From: Thermoplasmata archaeon
GTDB taxonomy: Archaea; Thermoplasmatota; Thermoplasmata; Thermoplasmatales; ARK-15
Reading direction: 5' to 3'
Assembly (NCBI GenBank): GCA_049965455.1
Contig: JBMFWH010000001.1
Span: forward strand, 2,874 to 66,873
Length of the DNA stretch: 64,000 nucleotides
The position numbers were made by a program, and so were the translations under genes. Of this stretch, positions 37,044-46,466 are shown piece after piece (positions within the stretch are counted from its first letter, which is position 1; every line of letters starts with the position of its first letter). The notes under the pieces were generated by a model that did not search any database, had not been told where the DNA came from, and saw only the letters and a list, made by a program, of their open reading frames with translations.

Positions 37044-37870
37044 CCGGTAACAGTGTTCTTGATATTTTCCAATCTTGCCTGGATCCTGGATATTGCAAAT
37101 TCAAGTGCTTCCCTGGCTTTCAGAGAGCCGTCAGTCTCAAACTGGAATATTATGTCTGTATCATCTTCCATATACTTAATCTGTTTATCTGAATAAAGCT
37201 CACCATTTAACGGAGTCGGATAAATGTCAGTCACGACCAGATAATCTTCTTCAGTTCTGACAACGTTTTTCTTTGCTTTTTCAATAAACTTCGCTGCAAG
37301 AGCTGAGCTTTTTGGAAGCATGTATTCTCTGTAGTACCTATACGATACCCCGCTCGTAACCTGCCATTTGGCATGCTCTTTCGCAGTGCCCAAAATTGCC
37401 TCGGCTTCAATCAGGATCGCCTGTTTTTCCTTTAATTTGAGGATGGGTATATTCTTTTCAACAGGCTCAAATTCTTTCGCGTTGCCTATTGGTATCAGAT
37501 CCCCGGAATATACAACTGCAGGCCCAAACTTGTTCATATAATAAGCTACAGTGCAGCTTGGACAGCTCTGGTCTGCTGGATGGGAACAGTCTTTTCTAAA
37601 CTTCATCTTCAAGTCTGTGGGCAGTGGAATCAAGCCCAATCTTAAAGAAATTACCTCGTCGAAAAGAGGAGTTATACTGTCATATGAGTTTTTGTCCTGA
37701 TCCTGCAACCTGCCATGATGAAACTTAACCTTGTCGATTGCAAGTTTTGGAATGTCATTTATCAATGTTCTTCTCAGCATATTGGCGACAGAATAATTTA
37801 TATTTGTAACCTCGAATCTTATAAATCGTTCTTGATCTTCCAAGATTTTAATATTCATATTTTCCTCCAC
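37040..37870 (-). CDS. rpoD: DNA-directed RNA polymerase subunit D (Rpo3)
   Basis: 276 aa. N-terminus FEVTNINYSVANMLRR and the Cys cluster CSHPADQSCPSC. Follows the S13-S4-S11 block. Confidence 0.9.
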   Translation of the reverse strand: MEENMNIKILEDQERFIRFEVTNINYSVANMLRRTLINDIPKLAIDKVKFHHGRLQDQDKNSYDSITPLFDEVISLRLGLIPLPTDLKMKFRKDCSHPADQSCPSCTVAYYMNKFGPAVVYSGDLIPIGNAKEFEPVEKNIPILKLKEKQAILIEAEAILGTAKEHAKWQVTSGVSYRYYREYMLPKSSALAAKFIEKAKKNVVRTEEDYLVVTDIYPTPLNGELYSDKQIKYMEDDTDIIFQFETDGSLKAREALEFAISRIQARLENIKNTVTG

Positions 37871-37948
37871 TGTTTGATTTATGCCACGAGTTTTTATTTA
37901 ATGTGAACACTATTATGCATCTACCTTTCAATAAAATAAAGGGAAAAA

Positions 37949-38341
37949 TTACACTCTTCTGCCTCTTTTGCCACCCTTTCTTCTGGTGCCATCATGAGGT
38001 ACGGGAGTAACATCTTCAATTCTGGTAATCTTGAACCCTGCCCTAGTCAGCGCCCTTATAGCGGCCTGGGCTCCAGGACCAGGATTGTGGCTTTTGCTGC
38101 CACCGGGGGCACGAACTTTTATTATCAGATCCGTAATTCCTTTCTCTCTCAACTTTTCTGTGATGATGTCCGAAGCTTTCATTGCAGCGTACGGAGAGGA
38201 TTCATCCCTGTCCGCCTTGACTACCATTCCTCCTGTAGCCTTTGCCAGAGTCTCTGCACCGGTCAGGTCAGTAACGGTTATAATCGTGTTGTTGTGAGAT
38301 GCGAATAAGTGTGCCACTGCCGTTTTACTCATTTGTCTCAC
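37949..38341 (-). CDS. rps11: ribosomal protein S11
   Basis: 130 aa. Typical S11 core ([17 protein letters not shown]). Confidence 0.95.
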   Translation of the reverse strand: MRQMSKTAVAHLFASHNNTIITVTDLTGAETLAKATGGMVVKADRDESSPYAAMKASDIITEKLREKGITDLIIKVRAPGGSKSHNPGPGAQAAIRALTRAGFKITRIEDVTPVPHDGTRRKGGKRGRRV

Positions 38342-38879
38342 CCTCTTTCGGCGCTTCTTTAACGCGCATTGGATGAAGCTCGTTGCTTAATGGTGAATTT
38401 TCTTTATAAGTTAGCAATGGCTCTTCCTCTTTCTTGACCATGTAGCTGGGAATGCTTACAGCCCTGCCATCTATTGATATGTGTCCATGAACTATAAATT
38501 GGCGTGCCTGTCTCGGCGTGTTTGCCAAGCCTTTCATGTACACTAATGTTTCTAATCTGCGATCTAATACGTTTTCAACGGTTAATGATAATATGCTATC
38601 TAAATTGGCGCTGTTTTCATTGAGCATGCCGTAATTTATTAGCTTTTTTGACAGTTCTTTCAGCTCTTTTTGAGCTTGTACGTCATTATATCTCAGCTTG
38701 GCCTGTAACTCAATGGCTTTTGCCCTGTATGACCTCAATACAGACATAGCTTTCCAGATCTCTCTCTTGTTTTTCAATCCGTACTTGGATCTCAGGTTGT
38801 TCTCATCTTTGATACGCTTCATTTCCCAAGGATTTCGTGGAGATTCATATGTTTTTCTGTCGAATTTAGGATCGCCCAT
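38325..38879 (-). CDS. rps4: ribosomal protein S4
   Basis: 184 aa. S4 domain ([17 protein letters not shown]). Confidence 0.95.
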   Translation of the reverse strand: MGDPKFDRKTYESPRNPWEMKRIKDENNLRSKYGLKNKREIWKAMSVLRSYRAKAIELQAKLRYNDVQAQKELKELSKKLINYGMLNENSANLDSILSLTVENVLDRRLETLVYMKGLANTPRQARQFIVHGHISIDGRAVSIPSYMVKKEEEPLLTYKENSPLSNELHPMRVKEAPKEGETNE

Positions 38880-39385
38880 TATTTCACCTCTGCTTTAGTC
38901 TCTGTTTTAGCCTCTGGTTTCTTCTTGCCAAGGCTTATAGACATTCCGACCCTGCCATTGGCTTTTGTTCTCTGGCCCCGAACCGGCAATCCACGTTCGT
39001 GCCTGACCCCTTTATATGCCCTCATCTTTTTCATTATATTTACATCATCCTGTACCTGCAAGTCTAGATCAACACCTATCTTGTGGAAACTTTCTCCTGT
39101 AATAGGATCCTCTCTTCTGTTCATCATCCACTCTGGAATGTACTGGTTTAGGTCTTTTTCAATCGCGTTTTTAAGGATCTCTACCTGTTGATCGGTCAAG
39201 TGACCCATCTTTTCCTCTGCAGGAACATCAATTTGCCTGATTATAGAATTAGCTAATCTATACCCTATTCCTTTAATCTCCGCTATACCATAAAGTACAG
39301 ATTTATTACCATCAATATTTGTATTTGCAATCCTGACAATATATTTGAAGTCTTTCTTATCTACTTTATCCACCATAATGACCAC
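38879..39385 (-). CDS. rps13: ribosomal protein S13
   Basis: 168 aa. [11 protein letters not shown] and [18 protein letters not shown]. Confidence 0.95.
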   Translation of the reverse strand: MVIMVDKVDKKDFKYIVRIANTNIDGNKSVLYGIAEIKGIGYRLANSIIRQIDVPAEEKMGHLTDQQVEILKNAIEKDLNQYIPEWMMNRREDPITGESFHKIGVDLDLQVQDDVNIMKKMRAYKGVRHERGLPVRGQRTKANGRVGMSISLGKKKPEAKTETKAEVK

Positions 39386-39528
39386 TCAAATTTTTTTAAT
39401 GATTTGTAAAAATCCAATAATGGTAACATATATATGAATTTTGCTTCAATCGATCTATCTTGTTAATATATAGATCTTTTTTAAACGTATCAAAAATATT
39501 AATTAAAAAAGCAGTATTAGGTTTGCAT

Positions 39529-40113
39529 ATGATAACATGGAAAATTGATAAAAATATATTTCATATATTTTTCAATGAATCGAAAAATGTGCTGAACACA
39601 TCGATCAATGGAATCGGGCTGGACATGGCGGAAGAACTACAGAACATTACAGTGACAAAAGATTTTAAGATTACGGCTGATGAGTTCATGAAATCGCATA
39701 ATGCTAAAAACGCACTGATATTTTTAACTGCAGTAAACATAGAAAATACTGTGCACTTGACCGGCAAGCATGCAGAGGTTTTTTTAACATGCGGGTACTC
39801 AAATGCAACAACCCCTATGAAAAAAGATAATAAGATAGGTACGGTAAATATTTTTATTAGCTCTTTTTCCGAGCTTAGCATAGCAGGTGCATTAAATCTG
39901 GTAATGGTAGCGACGGAGGCCAAGGCACTGGCATTTGTAAACTCCAGCATAAAAGATGGGGATGGAAACATTGCAACCGGGACAGGAACTGATGCCATTG
40001 CGGTTTTTCCAGTCTCTGAAAACGGCGAAAAGTATACTGGCATGCATACTGATCTAGGTAAGGGAGTTGGTTCGCTGGTATATAATGCGTGCATGAAATC
40101 CATACACCAGTAA
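39529..40113 (+). CDS. cbiZ: adenosylcobinamide amidohydrolase
   Basis: ATG at 39529 inside tracked ORF 39460..40113. CbiZ-like motifs GTVNIFI and ATGTGTDAIAV. Confidence 0.7.
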   Translation: MITWKIDKNIFHIFFNESKNVLNTSINGIGLDMAEELQNITVTKDFKITADEFMKSHNAKNALIFLTAVNIENTVHLTGKHAEVFLTCGYSNATTPMKKDNKIGTVNIFISSFSELSIAGALNLVMVATEAKALAFVNSSIKDGDGNIATGTGTDAIAVFPVSENGEKYTGMHTDLGKGVGSLVYNACMKSIHQ

Positions 40114-40176
40114 TTAAAATAAACTTTAAAAAAATAAAGTAAACTTTAAATAACGCCCGTAAATTATCTATATTTG

Positions 40177-42252
40177 ATGATACTAAATATATTAAAAAGA
40201 GATGGAACAAAAGAGCGTTTTGATGAAAACAAGATTGTCGAAGCAATCTGGAAATCGGTTCAGATAAAATATCCCAATAATAAGGATCTTGCACATGCAC
40301 TCTCAGAAAAAGTTTTGCGGAGATTAGAACAGATGTATGAGTCTCCTACGGTTGAACAGGTACAGGATTCTGTGGAAAACATCTTGATGGAGACAGGGAA
40401 TTACGATATTGCAAAAGCATATATCCTGCACAGGGCACTTCATGCACAGATCAGAGAATTCGTTGACGGATATCTTGAGGATAAAAGCTGGATGGTGAGA
40501 GAAAATGCGAACAGCACTTATTCTCTCCAGTCTCTAGATTTTCATGTCTCTTCAAGAGTAATATCTGATTACTGGCTTCAGAGAATTTACTATAAGAAGA
40601 ATCCAAAGATAGCAACAGCGCATATGGATGGAGCATTTCACATTCATGATCTCGGCATATTAGGGCCATACTGTGTGGGCTGGGATCTCAAAGATCTGCT
40701 TATCTCCGGGTTCAAAGGAGCGCGAGGGAAGATATCCTCCAACCCAGCCAGGCACTTTAGGGTTGCATTGGGACAGATTACCAACTTTTTCTTCACGCTA
40801 CAGGGAGAAGCTGCAGGAGCACAGGCATTTTCTAATTTTGACACCTATCTGGCACCATTCATAAGATACGATAAAATGGACTATGGTGCAGTAAAACAGG
40901 CTTTGCAAGAGTTTATATTTAACATGAATGTGCCAACAAGGGTCGGATTTCAAACGCCATTTAGCAACATCACACTTGACTTATCTGTTCCTGAATTCAT
41001 AAGGAACGATAGGATCATAATTGGCGGGGCAATAAAAGATGAAGTATATGGTGATTTTCAGGAAGAAATGAACATATTCAATGAAGCATTTGGAGACGTG
41101 ATGGAGGAAGGGGACGCGGATGGGAGGGCATTCACTTTTCCAATACCCACAATAAATATTACGAGGAACTTTGATTGGGATAGTTCAACCGCTTCAAAGA
41201 TTTTTGAGATGAGCTCAAAATACGGAATCCCATATTTTGCGAATTTTGTGAACTCTGATATGAATCCTGATGATGTAAGGAGCATGTGCTGCCATCTGCG
41301 TCTGGACAATAGAGAATTAAGAAAAAGGGGGGGAGGGCTGTTTGGCGCAAATCCCCTCACAGGCTCTGTTGGCGTGGTTACTATAAATATGCCTAGGATA
41401 GGCTATACATCAAAAAATGAAACTGAATATTTTGAAAACCTGCAAAAGATGATGGACCTGGCCAAAGAGTCACTAGAACTAAAAAGGGAATGGATTGAAA
41501 AACTAACAGAGAGAGGCTTATACCCATATTCAAAATATTATCTGAGAGGAATAAAAATGCCACTCGGTGGATACTGGCATAATCATTTTTCAACAATAGG
41601 GTTACTGGGGATGAATGAGAGTGTTTTGAATTTTATGGGCATCACGATAGGGGATCCTGAAGGTCTGAAATTTTCAGAAAAGGTGCTTGATTTTATGCGG
41701 GAGAGAATAATGAATTACCAGGAAGAAACAGGGAACTTGTACAATTTAGAAGCCACGCCTGCAGAAGGCGCATCATACCGTCTTGCTTGGGAAGACAAGA
41801 AAAAATATCCTGGGATAACAGTGGCTAATGAAAACGAAACTAAAAAAGGAGCCAAGCCATATTATACAAACTCTACACAGTTGCCGGTATATTACACAGA
41901 TGATCTATTTGAGGCACTGAAACTGCAAGAGCCTTTACAAACCAAATACACTGGTGGTACTGTGTTTCATATCTGGTTAGAAGATAGCAACCCCCCAGCT
42001 AGATCAGTTATGTCATTGATCAAGAAAGTTACTGAAAAGTACAGGTTGCCATACTACACTATTACCCCGACATTCAGTATCTGTCCTGCTCATGGTTATT
42101 TGTCAGGGGAGATTTGGACCTGCCCGCAATGTGGAAGAGAGACCGAAGTTTACTCTAGAGTAGTTGGATATCTGAGGCCGATAGAGCACTGGAACGCGGG
42201 GAAAAAGCAGGAATTCAAACAGCGCCGGCACTTTGACAAGGCGATTTCATGA
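40177..42252 (+). CDS. nrdD: anaerobic (class III) ribonucleoside-triphosphate reductase
   Basis: N-terminal ATP-cone (ILKRDGTKERFDENKI). C-terminal Zn ribbon CPAHG...CPQCG and glycyl-radical tail SRVVGYLRPIEHWNAGKKQE. Confidence 0.9.
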   Translation: MILNILKRDGTKERFDENKIVEAIWKSVQIKYPNNKDLAHALSEKVLRRLEQMYESPTVEQVQDSVENILMETGNYDIAKAYILHRALHAQIREFVDGYLEDKSWMVRENANSTYSLQSLDFHVSSRVISDYWLQRIYYKKNPKIATAHMDGAFHIHDLGILGPYCVGWDLKDLLISGFKGARGKISSNPARHFRVALGQITNFFFTLQGEAAGAQAFSNFDTYLAPFIRYDKMDYGAVKQALQEFIFNMNVPTRVGFQTPFSNITLDLSVPEFIRNDRIIIGGAIKDEVYGDFQEEMNIFNEAFGDVMEEGDADGRAFTFPIPTINITRNFDWDSSTASKIFEMSSKYGIPYFANFVNSDMNPDDVRSMCCHLRLDNRELRKRGGGLFGANPLTGSVGVVTINMPRIGYTSKNETEYFENLQKMMDLAKESLELKREWIEKLTERGLYPYSKYYLRGIKMPLGGYWHNHFSTIGLLGMNESVLNFMGITIGDPEGLKFSEKVLDFMRERIMNYQEETGNLYNLEATPAEGASYRLAWEDKKKYPGITVANENETKKGAKPYYTNSTQLPVYYTDDLFEALKLQEPLQTKYTGGTVFHIWLEDSNPPARSVMSLIKKVTEKYRLPYYTITPTFSICPAHGYLSGEIWTCPQCGRETEVYSRVVGYLRPIEHWNAGKKQEFKQRRHFDKAIS

Positions 42253-42971
42253 ACATTAAATGGTTTCAGAAGATAAGTCTGATAGAATACCCTGATAAAA
42301 TAGCAATGGTACTATTTAGTGCTGGGTGCAATTTCAGGTGTCCATTCTGCTATGTGCCACAGCTGGTGATACCAGAAAAATATATGACTATTGAACCTGT
42401 TAGCAGTGAAAAGATATTTTCTTATCTGGAACGTGTCAAGAAAATGATAGATGCAGTAGTGATCACGGGAGGAGAGCCTACTGTTAACGAAGATCTGCCA
42501 GATATGCTGAGAAAGATCAAGAGTTTTGGATATTTAACAGGGATATATACCAATGGAACCAATGATATGATGATACGCGAAATAATAGATGAAGGCATTA
42601 TAGATTATATTGCAATGGATATAAAAACAAGGCTTGATATGGTTTCATACAGCAAAGTTACAGGAACAAACATTGACAATAAAACATTAGAAAGCATTAA
42701 AAAATCCATTAAAATAATCATGGGTTCGAATATTAATTATGAATTCAGGACCACTTTAGTGAAGGAACTCCATTCAATGGAAGACATATGGGAGATATGT
42801 CAGTATATCAAAGGTGCAAGAATCTATTATCTTCAAAACTTGTTCAATGCAACATATTTAGGCGCTGGAAAACTTAGTCCATATCCTTTAAATGAACTTC
42901 AAGCCTTGATTTCAAGATGCAAAAACATCGTAAATGCAAAGTACAGGAATCAAAATAGAAGCAAATATTAA
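42249..42971 (+). CDS. nrdG: class III RNR activating radical-SAM enzyme
   Basis: 240 aa. CNFRCPFCY radical-SAM cluster motif. 4-nt overlap with nrdD. Confidence 0.85.
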   Translation: MNIKWFQKISLIEYPDKIAMVLFSAGCNFRCPFCYVPQLVIPEKYMTIEPVSSEKIFSYLERVKKMIDAVVITGGEPTVNEDLPDMLRKIKSFGYLTGIYTNGTNDMMIREIIDEGIIDYIAMDIKTRLDMVSYSKVTGTNIDNKTLESIKKSIKIIMGSNINYEFRTTLVKELHSMEDIWEICQYIKGARIYYLQNLFNATYLGAGKLSPYPLNELQALISRCKNIVNAKYRNQNRSKY

Positions 42972-43003
42972 TCGACGAAGGAATCTCTTTTTTGCTTGCC
43001 TAA

Positions 43004-43027
43004 ACTTCATAATCGTGACAAGTTACT
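43004..43027 (+). promoter_or_regulatory. 24-nt motif shared with 12383..12406
   Basis: acttcataatcgtgacaagttact is identical at 23/24 positions to the right arm plus flank of the 12241..12399 inverted repeat. Both copies sit 60-95 nt upstream of plus-strand start codons and just upstream of A/T-rich TATA-like sequence. Confidence 0.45.
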
Positions 43028-43088
43028 TCAGATAAAAAGATTTTTAAACAATATTATCATTTATTATAATACTCAAAAGGTGAGTTAA

Positions 43089-44087
43089 TTGAAAGTAAAG
43101 TTTGATAAAACGGTAAAGGACATGAAGGCAGTATGGTTTGAAAATGAAAAGGTGATGTTTTTAGATCAGAGAAAGATACCTGACTCAATAGAGCTATATA
43201 CAGCTAAAGATTATGAAGACGTCGCATATGCCATAGAGACGATGGTCGTTCGTGGCGCGCCCGCGATAGGCGTTGCTGCTGCTTACGGCATTGCCCAGGC
43301 AGCATTGCAGAACAAGAACTTAGATATGGTGTTTGAGCGCCTAAAAAAGACCAGGCCTACAGCATATGATCTTTTTTATGCACTAAACTACATGAAAAAC
43401 AATATGGCTAACAAAGACCCTGTGGCGATAGCAGAAGAATATGCATCATCTATAACGTCAAAATGCGAGAAGATAGGCATATATGGAAACGAGCTGATCA
43501 GGCAGAATGACAGGATACTTACCCACTGCAATGCCGGAGCTCTGGCGGTTGTAGACTGGGGCACTGCACTGGCACCGATGAGAGTGGCTAAGAATATGAA
43601 CAAAGAAATATTTGTATGGGTCGATGAGACCAGACCAAGACTGCAGGGTGCCAGATTGACCTCATGGGAACTGATTCAGGAGGACATTCCACACAAGGTC
43701 ATTGCCGACAACGTTTCAGGATCGTTGATGTACAGGAAACAGGTGGATATGGTCATCGTGGGCGCTGATAGGATCGCTAAAAACGGGGATTTTGCGAACA
43801 AGATCGGTACCTACGAGAAGGCAGTGCTGGCTAAGGAGAACAATGTGCCGTTCTATGTAGCAGCTCCGATATCCACTATTGATTTCAGCATTAATGACGC
43901 TTCACAGATCCCTATAGAGGAAAGAGATGAGAATGAGGTCAGGTACATAGGATCTTGCAAGATAGTTGATGATAGAGCAAAAGTTTACAATCCTGCATTT
44001 GATGTCACACCTGCAAAATACGTGACAGGATTTATCACGGAGTTCGGATTGATCAAGCCAGGCAAAATAAAGGACCTCAAAAAATAA
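43089..44087 (+). CDS. mtnA: eIF-2B alpha/beta/delta-like isomerase (methylthioribose-1-phosphate / ribose-1,5-bisphosphate isomerase family)
   Basis: 332 aa. VRGAPAIGVAAAYG and HCNAGALA motifs. The start is TTG 43089 or ATG 43122. Confidence 0.8.
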   Translation: MKVKFDKTVKDMKAVWFENEKVMFLDQRKIPDSIELYTAKDYEDVAYAIETMVVRGAPAIGVAAAYGIAQAALQNKNLDMVFERLKKTRPTAYDLFYALNYMKNNMANKDPVAIAEEYASSITSKCEKIGIYGNELIRQNDRILTHCNAGALAVVDWGTALAPMRVAKNMNKEIFVWVDETRPRLQGARLTSWELIQEDIPHKVIADNVSGSLMYRKQVDMVIVGADRIAKNGDFANKIGTYEKAVLAKENNVPFYVAAPISTIDFSINDASQIPIEERDENEVRYIGSCKIVDDRAKVYNPAFDVTPAKYVTGFITEFGLIKPGKIKDLKK

Positions 44088-44095
44088 TTTCATGT

Positions 44096-44650
44096 ATGTT
44101 AAAAATTGATGCAATAGTGCTTGTGGGTATTTCAAAAAGGCTTGAAAACAAGCACATGATGAAGCTCGGTTCGGTGAGTTTGATAGAATACGTGATACAG
44201 AACATTAAATCTTTCAATATTTTCGATACTATATATCTGTCCACGATCAGGAATATTCATGTTCCCGGCGCGGTCACTGTTATAGACAATATTGGAACCG
44301 GGCCGTTGAGCGGTATTTACTCTGCTATGAACCGGATCGATAATCCTGCATTTGTGTTTGGTGGGGATATGCCATTCATCAAGAAAGAAGCAGTGGAATT
44401 CATGATCTCTAAATTTGAGGGAAAAAGCGTGATACCAAGATGGTATAATGGGTATATTGAACCTTTACACTCCCTGTATTTCATTTCAGATTTTCCAGAT
44501 ATTGAACTTTCAAGTGCACTTCACGAACTGGTAGCGAGGATCGATAAGGAGTATGTTTCTGCCGAACATTTTGATGCCATAACATTCTATAACATCAACA
44601 CCGCATCAGACATGGAACTTGCAGTTCAGATATATAAAACTTTGAAATAG
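44096..44650 (+). CDS. MobA-like nucleotidyltransferase-fold protein with degenerate N-terminal loop
   Basis: 184 aa. VLVGISKRLENKH replaces the canonical LAGG.S.RMG loop, and a GGDMPFI motif is present. Confidence 0.5.
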   Translation: MLKIDAIVLVGISKRLENKHMMKLGSVSLIEYVIQNIKSFNIFDTIYLSTIRNIHVPGAVTVIDNIGTGPLSGIYSAMNRIDNPAFVFGGDMPFIKKEAVEFMISKFEGKSVIPRWYNGYIEPLHSLYFISDFPDIELSSALHELVARIDKEYVSAEHFDAITFYNINTASDMELAVQIYKTLK

Positions 44651-46356
44651 ACAAATATCAGAATCGCAAATCCTATCCCTATCAAAGCAAAAACTATGGA
44701 CGTTTTCACTTTCTTCATGATCTTTTTTGTTATCACTGTGAGGTTGTCTATGTATCCTTTTCCGGCCACATGCACCCTCAATTTCACAGTTTTGGAGGCG
44801 GTCATTGCCGGCTCTAGATCCTTTATTGCAAGGTCTATCAGAGTATCTGTGACCTCTATGATCCTATCTAATTCTTCATAATTGCCTACAGGGTTCATAT
44901 CATCAGCCTTGACATTCACAATATGATTGTCAGTGCTTGCAATCACTATGTTTTTTATTCTGTCTCCTGTCTTTTCTTCCAATCGCTCTCTCAATCCCTT
45001 GATTATGTTGTTGCCATCATATAGTACATAAGCGTCCATCTCTTCGCCAACTTTTATCACAGCAACGCTTATCCCGAGCGGCCCTAAACTTTTCATGTGC
45101 TCAGTTTTGCCAGATACGCCGATTTGGAGTGGCTGGTCAGCTTTCAGGCTGCTTAACGATTTTTTTAGCTCCAGTATCTTGTTGTTGTCTAGATCCCTCA
45201 AGGGCGTGTAATGGGGATCAAAGCTGTTATGCGAATCCACGACCGCAACGTCCCTTATGGAACTTTTTCTTAATTTTCGTATAAGTTTCATGCCCAGGTC
45301 AAAATCAATATCATCAAACCCGTAATTTTTGGGGGAGAGAGACAGGACCATAGAGCGCCCAAACAGCTGTGCCTGATATCGGATATCTGTTTCAAATGTT
45401 TTAATGCCGCTGCCTTTTTCTTCAAAATAAAGATTTGTGACATGCTCTTTGAGTGCTCTTTTCATGTGCTCTACGTCATCATCACCGCCACAATTGTCGT
45501 CATGAGTGGTGCTAGTATGAAATATGAATATGTTTTCAGAGACATCGGACAGCATGTTTTTTAGCTTGTACTGAAAATTACTGCAACCAACCTCCCCAAA
45601 TGGGCCTGGATGAACATAAGGAAACAGAAATAGAGCCTTATTCCTATTTCTTGATTTAAACACAATGAAGCTCAAGGGAATCTCTTTTATCGAGTACATT
45701 TTCTGCATGAACTTGCTCAATGATTTCATGTCTTCAGCAGCCTGCGTGCTCATATAATTTACAAAAGTGCCCACATAGTTTAAAGGGTTATCATTATACT
45801 CTTTTACAAAATCAGAGATCAAAAATTTCAAGAACAATCTGGCAGTGATAATGAAGACCAGTCCAGAAAGCAGGAGCGGAACGAGATATATGAGATCTTT
45901 GTCATGAATGTAATATAGTATTGCCAGCACCAGAACATAGTTATATGATATAACATTGTATTTTATATTGTTGATGTCCAGAAAAGGGCTGTAAAAGATG
46001 AATCTTATAAATGGCGATATTGAAAATGAAAACAGAAGGCTGAAACCAAAGTCCCTCGTAATTATATATAATATTATGAATATAACAAAACAGATAAAAA
46101 ATGTGATTTCGTTCAAAAGCGATATCCTATTTACAGGAAAAAATATTTTATATAATTTAATAAAAAAATAATCTAACAGGATCACTAGTATGAAAGGTAA
46201 GATCAACAGTAACAAAATGCTAAATAATGATAATCTAGCAAAAAGCTCGAAAATCAAGATTACTATTATGATCACTAATGAAGTCCATGTAAAATTAGGT
46301 GCTTTAAACATCCTGTTTTTCAAGTTTAAGAAATATTTCTCTCCTTTTAGATCCAT
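44626..46356 (-). CDS. large polytopic membrane protein with soluble C-terminal domain (DUF2070-like, from memory)
   Basis: 576 aa. About 6 N-terminal helices and one C-terminal helix. No catalytic motif recognised. Confidence 0.5.
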   Translation of the reverse strand: MDLKGEKYFLNLKNRMFKAPNFTWTSLVIIIVILIFELFARLSLFSILLLLILPFILVILLDYFFIKLYKIFFPVNRISLLNEITFFICFVIFIILYIITRDFGFSLLFSFSISPFIRFIFYSPFLDINNIKYNVISYNYVLVLAILYYIHDKDLIYLVPLLLSGLVFIITARLFLKFLISDFVKEYNDNPLNYVGTFVNYMSTQAAEDMKSLSKFMQKMYSIKEIPLSFIVFKSRNRNKALFLFPYVHPGPFGEVGCSNFQYKLKNMLSDVSENIFIFHTSTTHDDNCGGDDDVEHMKRALKEHVTNLYFEEKGSGIKTFETDIRYQAQLFGRSMVLSLSPKNYGFDDIDFDLGMKLIRKLRKSSIRDVAVVDSHNSFDPHYTPLRDLDNNKILELKKSLSSLKADQPLQIGVSGKTEHMKSLGPLGISVAVIKVGEEMDAYVLYDGNNIIKGLRERLEEKTGDRIKNIVIASTDNHIVNVKADDMNPVGNYEELDRIIEVTDTLIDLAIKDLEPAMTASKTVKLRVHVAGKGYIDNLTVITKKIMKKVKTSIVFALIGIGFAILIFVYFKVLYI

Positions 46357-46466
46357 TATTTTATGTATATATTAATACTCTATATTTTTTTTTCTGAACT
46401 TATAGAAAAAAATTAAAGATTGATAACCCTGAAAATCAGCAATTGCTTTAAATCTGAGTTTTTAAG

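Noticed and set aside
40120-40150. Two copies of taaactttaaa spaced 20 bp apart upstream of nrdD. Together with the Cas4-like gene, this prompted a check for CRISPR-like arrays.
   Set aside because: There are only two short A/T-only repeats, with no spacer-repeat periodicity. No array of 24-40-nt repeats exists anywhere in the window. The repeats are most simply part of the nrdD promoter.
42722-42732. gggttcgaata resembles a tRNA T-arm/T-loop.
   Set aside because: It lies inside the nrdG coding frame, and no acceptor, D or anticodon stems can be drawn around it.
44096-44650. The MobA-like protein with a degenerate nucleotide-binding loop beside mtnA was considered as a pseudo-enzyme lead.
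   Set aside because: Reading by eye cannot distinguish a divergent but active nucleotidyltransferase from an inactive one. No other anomaly supports the idea, so it is kept only as an annotated feature.
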